Virus record (IMG/VR): IMGVR_UViG_3300027763_000043
Span: 1 to 64,000 of that record
Reading direction: 5' to 3' (one strand)
DNA: 64,000 nt
Source of the DNA: a virus
Part shown: one piece after another, positions 47,099-55,353 of the stretch
Layout of the letters: each line of letters starts with the position of its first letter
Position numbering within the stretch: position 1 is the stretch's first letter
Notes under the pieces: model-generated
Told to the model about the DNA's origin: nothing
The model's database searches: none
Seen by the model: only the letters and a program-made list of their open reading frames with translations
Program-made: the position numbers and the translations under genes

Positions 47099-48277
47099 TC
47101 AGAATCCATGAACACAAACATTTTTAGTAAATTCCGTCATTGGCATTCCAGTCATTCCAGAATGAATTGCTCGAAAATCTTGATAACAAAATACTCCAAT
47201 ATTTAAGAAATTATTTGTCCTATACTTACTTGCATAATTGTAGGCATAAGATAAAGATTCTTCAGAAAGTCTTGGATGAATATTCATAAAGTCTTTTGCT
47301 CTGGCATGAACATCTTGCCAGAAGATACTATCAAACTTTGAACCATAAGAATAATGAAATGCCAATGAAATTTGATAATCAAATAATTCTTGATAGTAAA
47401 GTTGATTTGCATATTCAAAACTTTCTAGCGTTCTATCTTCCAAAAACTTACAAATATGTTGAGCATATCTAACATAATAAAATAATGATAGTGCTTGCAA
47501 TGGTTCCAGGAACATCAGACGATTGCCATTATTTGCAGCATACTTATTTGCAATCATCTTCTTGGCATATTTTGGTGTCCAATCGATGGTTTTACAATCT
47601 TCTTTTCCAAGAAGTTTTTGTACTTCTTCTTTATTATGGAATTTCTTATTAAATAGATACCCACATTTAGTTAGATTTCTGTCTGGAAATGGAAGACCGA
47701 ATTGCCAACCATGCTCTGTGGCACGATGCAAAGTATATGTAGGATCATCTACTTCATTCTCAGTATAAAGAATGGCACTATTCACAGTTTCAAAAAGTGG
47801 TTTCACATAATCATTATCATTAGACCATCCACTACAAGAAATGATGAAATCGTATTCGTGTCCATTGATATAAACCTTATCGTTTTCAATACGATATTCT
47901 GAAATTTTCTTTGGATGATACTTAACACCAACTTCTTCTAGTTTTTGATGAATGAATCCATTAAAGATTGAACTTTCAAACTGAAAAGCATCTGAGTTAT
48001 TGTTGAAATGATGCCTAAAATAATCAGATTTACCATAACCCCAATTAATAAATTTAATTCCATTTTTAAAAGAGACAATACCATTATCTCTTAGATCACC
48101 AATACAAATATCTAAAATACTTGTAAGTAATTCACCAATATGAGGTGTTGTAGATTCTCCAACATTCAGTGCTGGTTTATCTGGATCATAATGAATTTCA
48201 ACTTGGTGACCATTTTGAATGCAAACTAATGCACTAATAATGGCACTTGTTCCTTTTCCAATAATTGCAATTTTCAT
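47099..48277 (-). CDS. Tryptophan halogenase-like flavoprotein
   Basis: IIGKGT, VGESTTP, FKNGIKFINW, FLEPLQA. Confidence 0.8.
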   Translation of the reverse strand: MKIAIIGKGTSAIISALVCIQNGHQVEIHYDPDKPALNVGESTTPHIGELLTSILDICIGDLRDNGIVSFKNGIKFINWGYGKSDYFRHHFNNNSDAFQFESSIFNGFIHQKLEEVGVKYHPKKISEYRIENDKVYINGHEYDFIISCSGWSNDNDYVKPLFETVNSAILYTENEVDDPTYTLHRATEHGWQFGLPFPDRNLTKCGYLFNKKFHNKEEVQKLLGKEDCKTIDWTPKYAKKMIANKYAANNGNRLMFLEPLQALSLFYYVRYAQHICKFLEDRTLESFEYANQLYYQELFDYQISLAFHYSYGSKFDSIFWQDVHARAKDFMNIHPRLSEESLSYAYNYASKYRTNNFLNIGVFCYQDFRAIHSGMTGMPMTEFTKNVCVHGF

Positions 48278-48474
48278 TCAGTAATAAGTCTCCATTCCAA
48301 ATTTAGGCTTTCCATATAATCTACAAGATCTTGTCCATTAATGGAACAAATATCTACGGCCGTATCAAAAACAAAATCTGCCTCATAGAGATTTTCTTCT
48401 CCATCAACCTCACGAATAGCAGTTAGATATCCTTGAATGTTTCTAATTTGAAACTTTCTAATTTCTTTAATCAT
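48274..48474 (-). CDS. Hypothetical protein
   Basis: 66 aa, ATGA overlap with the next gene. Confidence 0.6.
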   Translation of the reverse strand: MIKEIRKFQIRNIQGYLTAIREVDGEENLYEADFVFDTAVDICSINGQDLVDYMESLNLEWRLITE

Positions 48475-48491
48475 TGGTTTTCTCCTATAAA

Positions 48492-49061
48492 TTAATTTCC
48501 TCGGTCATAAGCATATTGGACACAATGACCATTTCTTCTTACATAATGAAAGAATACTTGATGATAATAACTATCTTTATTTCCTTTCATCGGTTCCCTC
48601 CAATGTGGAAGAATACATCCCTTATAGAGTGCTCCATCTCCTGGTTTCATAGTACATGAAAGAGGTGGTTCTCCATCAGGGCGCTCAAACATAATTGGCC
48701 ACTCATAATCTAAATTTTGACTTATATTTACAGTAATACTGATCTCACAAGAAGGTCTATCAGTATGCTTTGTAAGTTCATGACCTTTAAAATAAAATCG
48801 ATCATAATAATAGGTGGGATACAATCGTTCACCAATCGTATCCTCAATCACTTGCATAATTTCATAGTGTGCTTCTTTGAATTTGGGATGATTATATCGT
48901 GCCAAACTACCAGAAACTTGTGCCTCATTTGGTTCTACAGAAACTCTTCCAGGACCATCATAACGATACATTCCTCTTTCCCAAGGAACATCCTCATAAA
49001 GTTGAGATGCATCAATGAGATTTGGCATCTCAATTACAGACCATTCTACTTTATTACTCAT
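48492..49061 (-). CDS. 2OG-Fe(II) oxygenase-like protein
   Basis: LTKHTDRPSCEIS...GDGALYKG...HWRE...QVFFHY. Confidence 0.8.
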   Translation of the reverse strand: MSNKVEWSVIEMPNLIDASQLYEDVPWERGMYRYDGPGRVSVEPNEAQVSGSLARYNHPKFKEAHYEIMQVIEDTIGERLYPTYYYDRFYFKGHELTKHTDRPSCEISITVNISQNLDYEWPIMFERPDGEPPLSCTMKPGDGALYKGCILPHWREPMKGNKDSYYHQVFFHYVRRNGHCVQYAYDRGN

Positions 49062-49654
49062 TTCCACCTAGGACCTACCACCCAACCAATTAGTGATTTG
49101 CGATGACCAGAAATAACTTTCTTCACACGATGTTGAGTTCTACTATCAAATACGATTACAGTTCCTCTGGTCTTTGGAACAAAGTAGGATCTTCCATCAC
49201 CATTCATCAACTGAACTTCACCACCCTCATAATCATCAGGGTCTGAAAGTTGTAGAATAAATGAGAGTTTTCGAATTTGTTCAGAATTCGTAATTACAAA
49301 ATTTTCTTGTTTATTTTCTGTGGGTTTGTAAGAAACTTCAATACTTGCATCATTGTGCCAACCATAATATTCACCTTTCTCATAAGAAGTATATTGCATT
49401 GCTTCCCCATCAAACCCAGTAACATCATACAAAAAGTTTTCACGATTTGCACGAAGAACATAATGATAACAAAGTCCTGTTGCCCAATGACTTGAGGGCA
49501 ACCAGGAAGTTCTACTATCCCTTTTATCTAAGGTAAGTCCACCAAATGTTGTCGCCTGTTGGAAATTACCATCGAGTTGATTTAAATCTTTTTCAATCAA
49601 CTCAACAATTTCTTTTGGCATTATAGTGGAATACCAAACTGATGTACCTGCCAT
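49058..49654 (-). CDS. PKHD/prolyl-4-hydroxylase-type 2OG-Fe(II) oxygenase
   Basis: WHND...RKLS..LQLS..YEGG...HRV...RKSLIGW. Confidence 0.88.
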   Translation of the reverse strand: MAGTSVWYSTIMPKEIVELIEKDLNQLDGNFQQATTFGGLTLDKRDSRTSWLPSSHWATGLCYHYVLRANRENFLYDVTGFDGEAMQYTSYEKGEYYGWHNDASIEVSYKPTENKQENFVITNSEQIRKLSFILQLSDPDDYEGGEVQLMNGDGRSYFVPKTRGTVIVFDSRTQHRVKKVISGHRKSLIGWVVGPRWK

Positions 49655-49678
49655 ATAAAAATAATAATATTTTCAATA

Positions 49679-49707
49679 ATTATATAGGATTATAACTCAT
49701 ATGTCAA
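49679..49707 (-). promoter_or_regulatory. Consensus sigma70 promoter of the oxygenase operon
   Basis: TTGACA, 17-bp spacer, TATAAT. Confidence 0.8.
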
Positions 49708-50117
49708 GTTGTGGGTTTTGGTACGGGTGATTCCCATTCACAAGTTTCTTCATTCAAAATCCAAGAAGGATAAGGTTTTGGTGCAATAAATGCAGTTAAT
49801 GTTTCATCATAAGTCCCACCAATTCCTGGTTGATTTTTGATTTCATCAGTATTTTCAATATAAATTGTATCGCCATAAGGTTTCGTATCCATAAACTCAC
49901 GACTTGCAGAAATCGTGTTCAGGACAGATCCATCTTCTCCAATGTGTACAAATAATCTTGGAAGTTGATACTCATAAATTGCTTGTGATTCTTCTTGTTG
50001 TTGCCTCTCAAGTTCTTGTTGTTGTTCTAGTTCATACTGAACAATTTCTTCTTGTGTTTTCCAAGAAGTTGTAAGTTCGTGCCAAAGGTATTCTGGCGTT
50101 TGTTCTGTGTTTTCCAT
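49704..50117 (-). CDS. Fibre-associated hypothetical protein (possible chaperone)
   Basis: GIGGTYD...FIAPKPYPSWILNE..CEWESPVPKP; ends the Gly-rich array. Confidence 0.6.
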   Translation of the reverse strand: MENTEQTPEYLWHELTTSWKTQEEIVQYELEQQQELERQQQEESQAIYEYQLPRLFVHIGEDGSVLNTISASREFMDTKPYGDTIYIENTDEIKNQPGIGGTYDETLTAFIAPKPYPSWILNEETCEWESPVPKPTT

Positions 50118-50123
50118 AGTTTT

Positions 50124-50861
50124 TTAACCTATATATCTAATAATTACACAACCCGGATTTCCGGCAGCTCCTGGCGTTGATGTAGCAGTACTACCACCTA
50201 AACCAAACATTGTTGGGAAAGAAGTTGGATGGAGAGGTTGCCCTCCACTACCGCCTCCACTATAAAAAATAGGACTACCAGTGATTGTATAGGGTACTCC
50301 CTGTCCACCTACACCTTGAAGAAAAGAACCTCCAGCACTTCCAGCACCGCCACCGCCGCCTGGATTGCCGGGCCCACCCGCCACCTGGCCAGGAAATCCA
50401 AGTCCTATAACATTAGCACCAGTGCCGGCGGGGTTGCCAGCACCACCAGAAGCTTGAGGGCTAGGGCCTCCGGAGTTACCAGGGCCAGGGCTACCAAAAC
50501 CACCCCCCTGTGCAGTAATACTTCCACCATTATAAGTAAAAGTAGTAGCTGCACCAGAAAAAGGCCCAAGTCCCCCTGCACCAATAATTATTGGATAAGA
50601 AACACCGGCAACTAGTGGAATATTTTTTGAATATAAAGTAGCTCCTGCTCCGCCACCACCAGCCCAATTAGTTCGAGGGTTGAGTCCCCCCCCTCCGCCA
50701 CCACCAACTACCAGAACATCTATAACAGTTCCAGATCCCGTTACACTGAATGTTGTTGCACCAGGAGTACTAAAAGTATGAACAACGTATCCACTATAAT
50801 CAGTCTTAACTGTAGTAGAATTTGTTATGTTTGATATTCTATTTCCTACGATGATTGCCAT
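50124..50861 (-). CDS. Glycine-rich adhesin-like protein (complete domain)
   Basis: HTF...VLVVGGGG...GLGFPG...YTITG...GCVIIRY. Confidence 0.75.
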   Translation of the reverse strand: MAIIVGNRISNITNSTTVKTDYSGYVVHTFSTPGATTFSVTGSGTVIDVLVVGGGGGGGLNPRTNWAGGGGAGATLYSKNIPLVAGVSYPIIIGAGGLGPFSGAATTFTYNGGSITAQGGGFGSPGPGNSGGPSPQASGGAGNPAGTGANVIGLGFPGQVAGGPGNPGGGGGAGSAGGSFLQGVGGQGVPYTITGSPIFYSGGGSGGQPLHPTSFPTMFGLGGSTATSTPGAAGNPGCVIIRYIG

Positions 50862-50868
50862 GGTTTTT

Positions 50869-51648
50869 TTAAGTTATATATCTAACAATGATGACGCCAG
50901 GATTTCCAGGAACACCGCCAGGAGAAGGACTAGTTCCCGAAGTACCACCCAAACCAAAGTTTGTTGGAGAAGAAGTGGGATGTAAGGAACCAAGGGCGCC
51001 AGGGCCACCACCGCCACCGCCACCACCATAAGATACTGGAGATCCGGTAATACTATAAAGTACTCCCGCCCCTCCAGGTCCACCGGTGGAACCTGGTGCA
51101 GGACTACCAGCCCCACCAGCACCACCTCCACCACCGCCCCAATTTGATATAGCGTTTCCGCCAGGAAATCCCAGTCCAATAATATTAGCACCCGTACCAC
51201 CGGGACGACCACCATCAGGTCCACTGCCACCACCGCCACCACTACCATTAGGAACCGAATTGCCAACAGTACCAATCGGGTTGGCCGATTGACCTCCTCC
51301 TCCACCGCCCACGGCAGTAATACTTCCACCATTATAATTTAAAACACTTGAAGTTCCATTTGTTGCTGCACCACTAGATCCAGGACCAACAACAAATGGA
51401 TACGATACTCCAGAAACAATTGGTATATTTTTTGCATAGATAGTAGAACCTCCACCTCCTCCACCGCTAGCCCAATTACTAAAGAACGCCTGTCCGCCGC
51501 CGCCACCAACTACAAGAACATCAATAATCCCACTTCCTCTTGCTACAAAATTACCTGATGATGTAAAAGTATGAATGGTATATCCACTAATGGTATTAAT
51601 TGTTCCGCCAGTTGCCGTAACTATTCTTGGTCCTACGTATATGGTCAT
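50869..51648 (-). CDS. Glycine-rich adhesin-like protein (complete domain)
   Basis: Paralog with the same framework. Confidence 0.75.
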   Translation of the reverse strand: MTIYVGPRIVTATGGTINTISGYTIHTFTSSGNFVARGSGIIDVLVVGGGGGQAFFSNWASGGGGGGSTIYAKNIPIVSGVSYPFVVGPGSSGAATNGTSSVLNYNGGSITAVGGGGGGQSANPIGTVGNSVPNGSGGGGGSGPDGGRPGGTGANIIGLGFPGGNAISNWGGGGGGAGGAGSPAPGSTGGPGGAGVLYSITGSPVSYGGGGGGGGPGALGSLHPTSSPTNFGLGGTSGTSPSPGGVPGNPGVIIVRYIT

Positions 51649-51652
51649 AATT

Positions 51653-52390
51653 TTATGAAGGGTAACGGATAATTATAACGCCATTGGTTCCGCCAAAATT
51701 ACCTAGACCATTAGAAGAACCACCTAAACCAAAGTTTGTTGGGGAAGAAGTGGGGTGTAGAGCACCGGCAGTGGCGCCACCACCACCACCATAAAATACT
51801 GGAGAACCAGTAATACTATAAGATACTCCCACACCAGCCAAGGTAGTTGTACCACCACCAGCACCGCCGCCAGCACCAGAACCAGGGGCACCCCCAGGAC
51901 CTCCTGGAAATCCATATCCTATAATACCAGCACCTGAACCACCACTGCCACCAAATGCACCACCGCCTCCAGATGCAAGTGGCGAAGACGCTCCAGGATT
52001 GCCGGGAATTCTTCCGCCGCCGCCACCACCAGTGGCAGAAATTGCACCACCATTATAAGTACAAGTTGTTATTCCACCCGGAACACCAGTACTAGGCAAA
52101 CCACCAGGAAGACCTCCAGCACCTATAGACATTGTATATGCAACACCAGAAATAACTGGTACAAATTTTTGATAAATTGTAGCACCTCCTCCACCACCGC
52201 CAGCATCCTGTTGAGGCGCCGTCACTACTCCACCACCGCCACCACCACCAACAACAAGAACTTCTATAGGACCACTTCCATTTGGAGTAAAAGTACCTGA
52301 TAATGAAAAAGTATGAACAGTATAACCAGTGATACTACTAATAGTACCCCCAGTTGCCGAAGTTATTTTTGCTCCTAATAATAATGACAT
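51653..52390 (-). CDS. Glycine-rich adhesin-like protein (complete domain)
   Basis: Paralog with the same framework. Confidence 0.75.
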   Translation of the reverse strand: MSLLLGAKITSATGGTISSITGYTVHTFSLSGTFTPNGSGPIEVLVVGGGGGGGVVTAPQQDAGGGGGGATIYQKFVPVISGVAYTMSIGAGGLPGGLPSTGVPGGITTCTYNGGAISATGGGGGGRIPGNPGASSPLASGGGGAFGGSGGSGAGIIGYGFPGGPGGAPGSGAGGGAGGGTTTLAGVGVSYSITGSPVFYGGGGGATAGALHPTSSPTNFGLGGSSNGLGNFGGTNGVIIIRYPS

Positions 52391-52408
52391 ATTTCTTTTT
52401 TCCTTTAT

Positions 52409-52771
52409 TTATGCTGGATATCTAATAATAACAACACCAGGAGTTCCTGCGCCACCTAAACCATGTCCACCTGTACCATAAGTACCACCACCAGGAGATG
52501 CAAAACTAGTACCAGTTGCGTTTGCTCCACCGCCGCCACTACCATAAACGGTAGCAACTCCAGTAATGGCATAAACTACTCCTACTCCACCAGCACCACC
52601 CGAAGTATTGGTACTTGGTTGTCCATAGTCACCGGCACCGCCACCACCGCCACATCCATTACCAACAGCACTATCTCCACCAGAAAAACCTATTCCAATT
52701 TGATTGGGACCAGATCCTCCAGTATTTGTAACTCGTGCGTTATTGTTTCCTCCACCACCAGAACCAGGCAT
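52409..52771 (-). CDS. C-terminal half of the glycine-rich domain, expressed separately
   Basis: MPGSGGGG...GIGFSGG...YAITG...GVVIIRYPA; own ATAAATA promoter and AGGA RBS. Confidence 0.7.
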   Translation of the reverse strand: MPGSGGGGNNNARVTNTGGSGPNQIGIGFSGGDSAVGNGCGGGGGAGDYGQPSTNTSGGAGGVGVVYAITGVATVYGSGGGGANATGTSFASPGGGTYGTGGHGLGGAGTPGVVIIRYPA

Positions 52772-52801
52772 AATTATTATCCTTAATTTTTAATTATTTA
52801 T
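52746..52801 (-). repeat. ~56-bp direct repeat, copy 1 (late promoter, RBS, MPGSGGGGN)
   Basis: Near-identical to 55283-55339. Confidence 0.9.
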
Positions 52802-55272
52802 CAAAGTTTTACAATAATAACAAATCCACTACTACCATTACCAATAGAATTGGATTGATTGGATCCATTATTAAGAGAAGATCCGCCCCCACCATTTCCA
52901 CCGGCACTTGATTGTCCCGAACCGCCGCCGCCAGAAAATCCTCCCCCTCCGGCGCCAAACTGTCGGGTTGACCCTCCACCACCAAAAGATCCCGCCTGGC
53001 CAAAACCTGGATTAGGTCCACCTGCCAAACCATTAAGAAAAGATTTACCCCCTATGCCCTCGGCGTTTGCACCATTTGTTAAAAATCCTCCTCCACCACC
53101 CTGACCTCCAAATGATCCTCCACCATTTCCACCAGTTCCACCATTATTATCAGTTAAAAACTGAGTCCATGAAGCAGAACTATTTGCTGGATCTGATAAA
53201 GTTGCATTAGTAAATTGTGGTTGTGAAGGACCTCCAGATCCAGCACTACTTCCACCACCACCAGCAATTACTAATATGTCAGAAGTTGTTGCTGCTCCTA
53301 CAGTATTGTTTACAACAAATGTTCCCCCTCCACCACCACCAAAACCAGTACTTGAAGCAGTTTGTCCAACAGCTATTTTTATTTTTTGATTGATAACTAA
53401 GCTAAAATCACCTTGCATTATAGCACCAAGTCCAGGAGTACCAGAATTTCCTTGCCCACCTCTACCTCCTGCCGCAGTTATTCTGTAAGTACCAGTTACA
53501 GGAACAGTCCACAACTGAATTCCATCAGTAGAATTAAAATAATTTGTATTGTCTATCCAAGGAAATGATGAAGTATTATAAAATGTTTTAAGAGTTGCTA
53601 AAGATGGCCCAGCTGTCCCAGCAATTCCTGCACTACTAAAATTAAACGAAGTAAATGGATACAATACATCCAAAGTAGTAACAATAGGACTATAAGTAAG
53701 AATAGGTCCACCAGCACTTGTCTTAACACCTAACTGGAATGTTTCTTGATCAGTAATGCCATCATCAACTAGGGTAAGTGTTGTACTAGCAAAACCAGAA
53801 GAAACTGTATATATACCACTTAGAGAATTACTTGTAAAATCGGTAGAGGTAATTCCTGCAGAACCAATAATATCATAATAAAGTGTAGTACCATTAGGAA
53901 ATTCTGTGGCATTTGTTGTAAATGTGACTGACTGACCTTCTTCAACAGTATTTTTAGATACTACGGTTGTAAGTGTTGTATTATTAATTGCAACTATAGA
54001 ACTGCTGGCAACTATTTGTCCATCAATACTTTGGTATCTAACCTGCACTCTAAAGGTTTCTGCAGCATCAACTAATGCATCAGTTGCTATGGAAACATTA
54101 AATGTTCCAGCATTATTATTGATTGTAAATGAACCCGAAGTAGCAATAAAATCAGAATCTACAGTACTTATATTATCGATAGTCCAGAATAATGTGGTTC
54201 CGTTTGGTATATTAAATGTTGTAAAGTTAAATGTACCAGAAGCGCCTTCATTAATACTAGATGGTACTAAACTGAACGTATAAGTCTTAGCAGGTATTGT
54301 AACCGTAGAACTGGTAGCAACTACTTCTCCTGTAATACTTAGATACCTGATTTTTACCGTAAATGTTTCTGCACCTTCTATAAACAAATTAGTTGCTATA
54401 GGAACACTGAATGTTCCAGAATTACTATTGATTGTAAATGAACCGGAAGTGGCACCAAAGTCTGCAGAATTAGTGGTTCCATGTTCTACAGTCCAGAATA
54501 ATGTGGTTCCATTCGTTACGTTAGTGGTTGTAACGTTAAATGTGCCAGAAGCACCTTCAAGTATTGTGGATGGTACTGAACTAAACGCATAAGTCTTAGC
54601 AGGTATTGTAACTGTAGAACTTGTTGCGAGAACATTTCCACTAATACCAATACCTCTTACACTTACGGTAAACGTTTCTGCACCTTCTGCAGTTAAATTA
54701 GTTGCTACAGGAACACTAAATGATCCAGCGTTACTTGTAATCGTAAAGGAACCCGAAGTGGCACCAAAATCATTATCTAATGTAGTTCCATTGTTTATAG
54801 TCCAATATAAAGTAGTTCCGTTTGGTATTTTATCAGTGGTAACGTTAAATGTACCAGAAGCACCTTCATTGATACTAGATGGTACTGAACTGAATATAGT
54901 TTTTCCAAAACTACCAATACCAACATCTCCGGCAAGTGCAGTAATAATTTGGTTAGGAAGATTTATAACACTATCAGTTCCAAGATTACCATTAGTTCCA
55001 CCAGCACCAACATTCATTGTATAAGCAACACCAGCATTCACTTTAATCAGTTTTTGATATAAAACAGAACCTCCTCCTCCACCACCGCTACCACCAGTTT
55101 GAGCAGAACCAGCACCACCACCACCAACTACAAGAACTTCTATGGTTCCATCTGTAGTTGGTATAAAAGTATTGAGTCCTACAGTATTAAAAGTATGAAG
55201 TATATGACCCCCAATAGTACTAATCGTTCCACCAGTTGCACGATTTATTTTTCCGCCAGAGATAAATGCCAC
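52801..55272 (-). CDS. Stalked adhesin: Gly-rich N-half, 3+1 Ig/Calx-beta-like repeats, Gly-rich tip
   Basis: GTG start; ~102-aa repeats FSSVPS.I.EG...EGAETF; tip GIQLWTVP. Confidence 0.75.
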   Translation of the reverse strand: MAFISGGKINRATGGTISTIGGHILHTFNTVGLNTFIPTTDGTIEVLVVGGGGAGSAQTGGSGGGGGGSVLYQKLIKVNAGVAYTMNVGAGGTNGNLGTDSVINLPNQIITALAGDVGIGSFGKTIFSSVPSSINEGASGTFNVTTDKIPNGTTLYWTINNGTTLDNDFGATSGSFTITSNAGSFSVPVATNLTAEGAETFTVSVRGIGISGNVLATSSTVTIPAKTYAFSSVPSTILEGASGTFNVTTTNVTNGTTLFWTVEHGTTNSADFGATSGSFTINSNSGTFSVPIATNLFIEGAETFTVKIRYLSITGEVVATSSTVTIPAKTYTFSLVPSSINEGASGTFNFTTFNIPNGTTLFWTIDNISTVDSDFIATSGSFTINNNAGTFNVSIATDALVDAAETFRVQVRYQSIDGQIVASSSIVAINNTTLTTVVSKNTVEEGQSVTFTTNATEFPNGTTLYYDIIGSAGITSTDFTSNSLSGIYTVSSGFASTTLTLVDDGITDQETFQLGVKTSAGGPILTYSPIVTTLDVLYPFTSFNFSSAGIAGTAGPSLATLKTFYNTSSFPWIDNTNYFNSTDGIQLWTVPVTGTYRITAAGGRGGQGNSGTPGLGAIMQGDFSLVINQKIKIAVGQTASSTGFGGGGGGTFVVNNTVGAATTSDILVIAGGGGSSAGSGGPSQPQFTNATLSDPANSSASWTQFLTDNNGGTGGNGGGSFGGQGGGGGFLTNGANAEGIGGKSFLNGLAGGPNPGFGQAGSFGGGGSTRQFGAGGGGFSGGGGSGQSSAGGNGGGGSSLNNGSNQSNSIGNGSSGFVIIVKL

Positions 55273-55275
55273 GAC

Positions 55276-55339
55276 TTAATTATTTCCTCCACCACCAGAA
55301 CCAGGCATAATTATTATCCTTTAATTTTCAATTATTTAT
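55276..55339 (-). repeat. Direct repeat, copy 2, encoding the 10-aa mini-ORF MPGSGGGGNN
   Basis: ATG at 55308, TAA at 55278-55276, three nt before the GTG of the next gene. Confidence 0.85.
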
Positions 55340-55353
55340 ATTCCTCTTATAAA

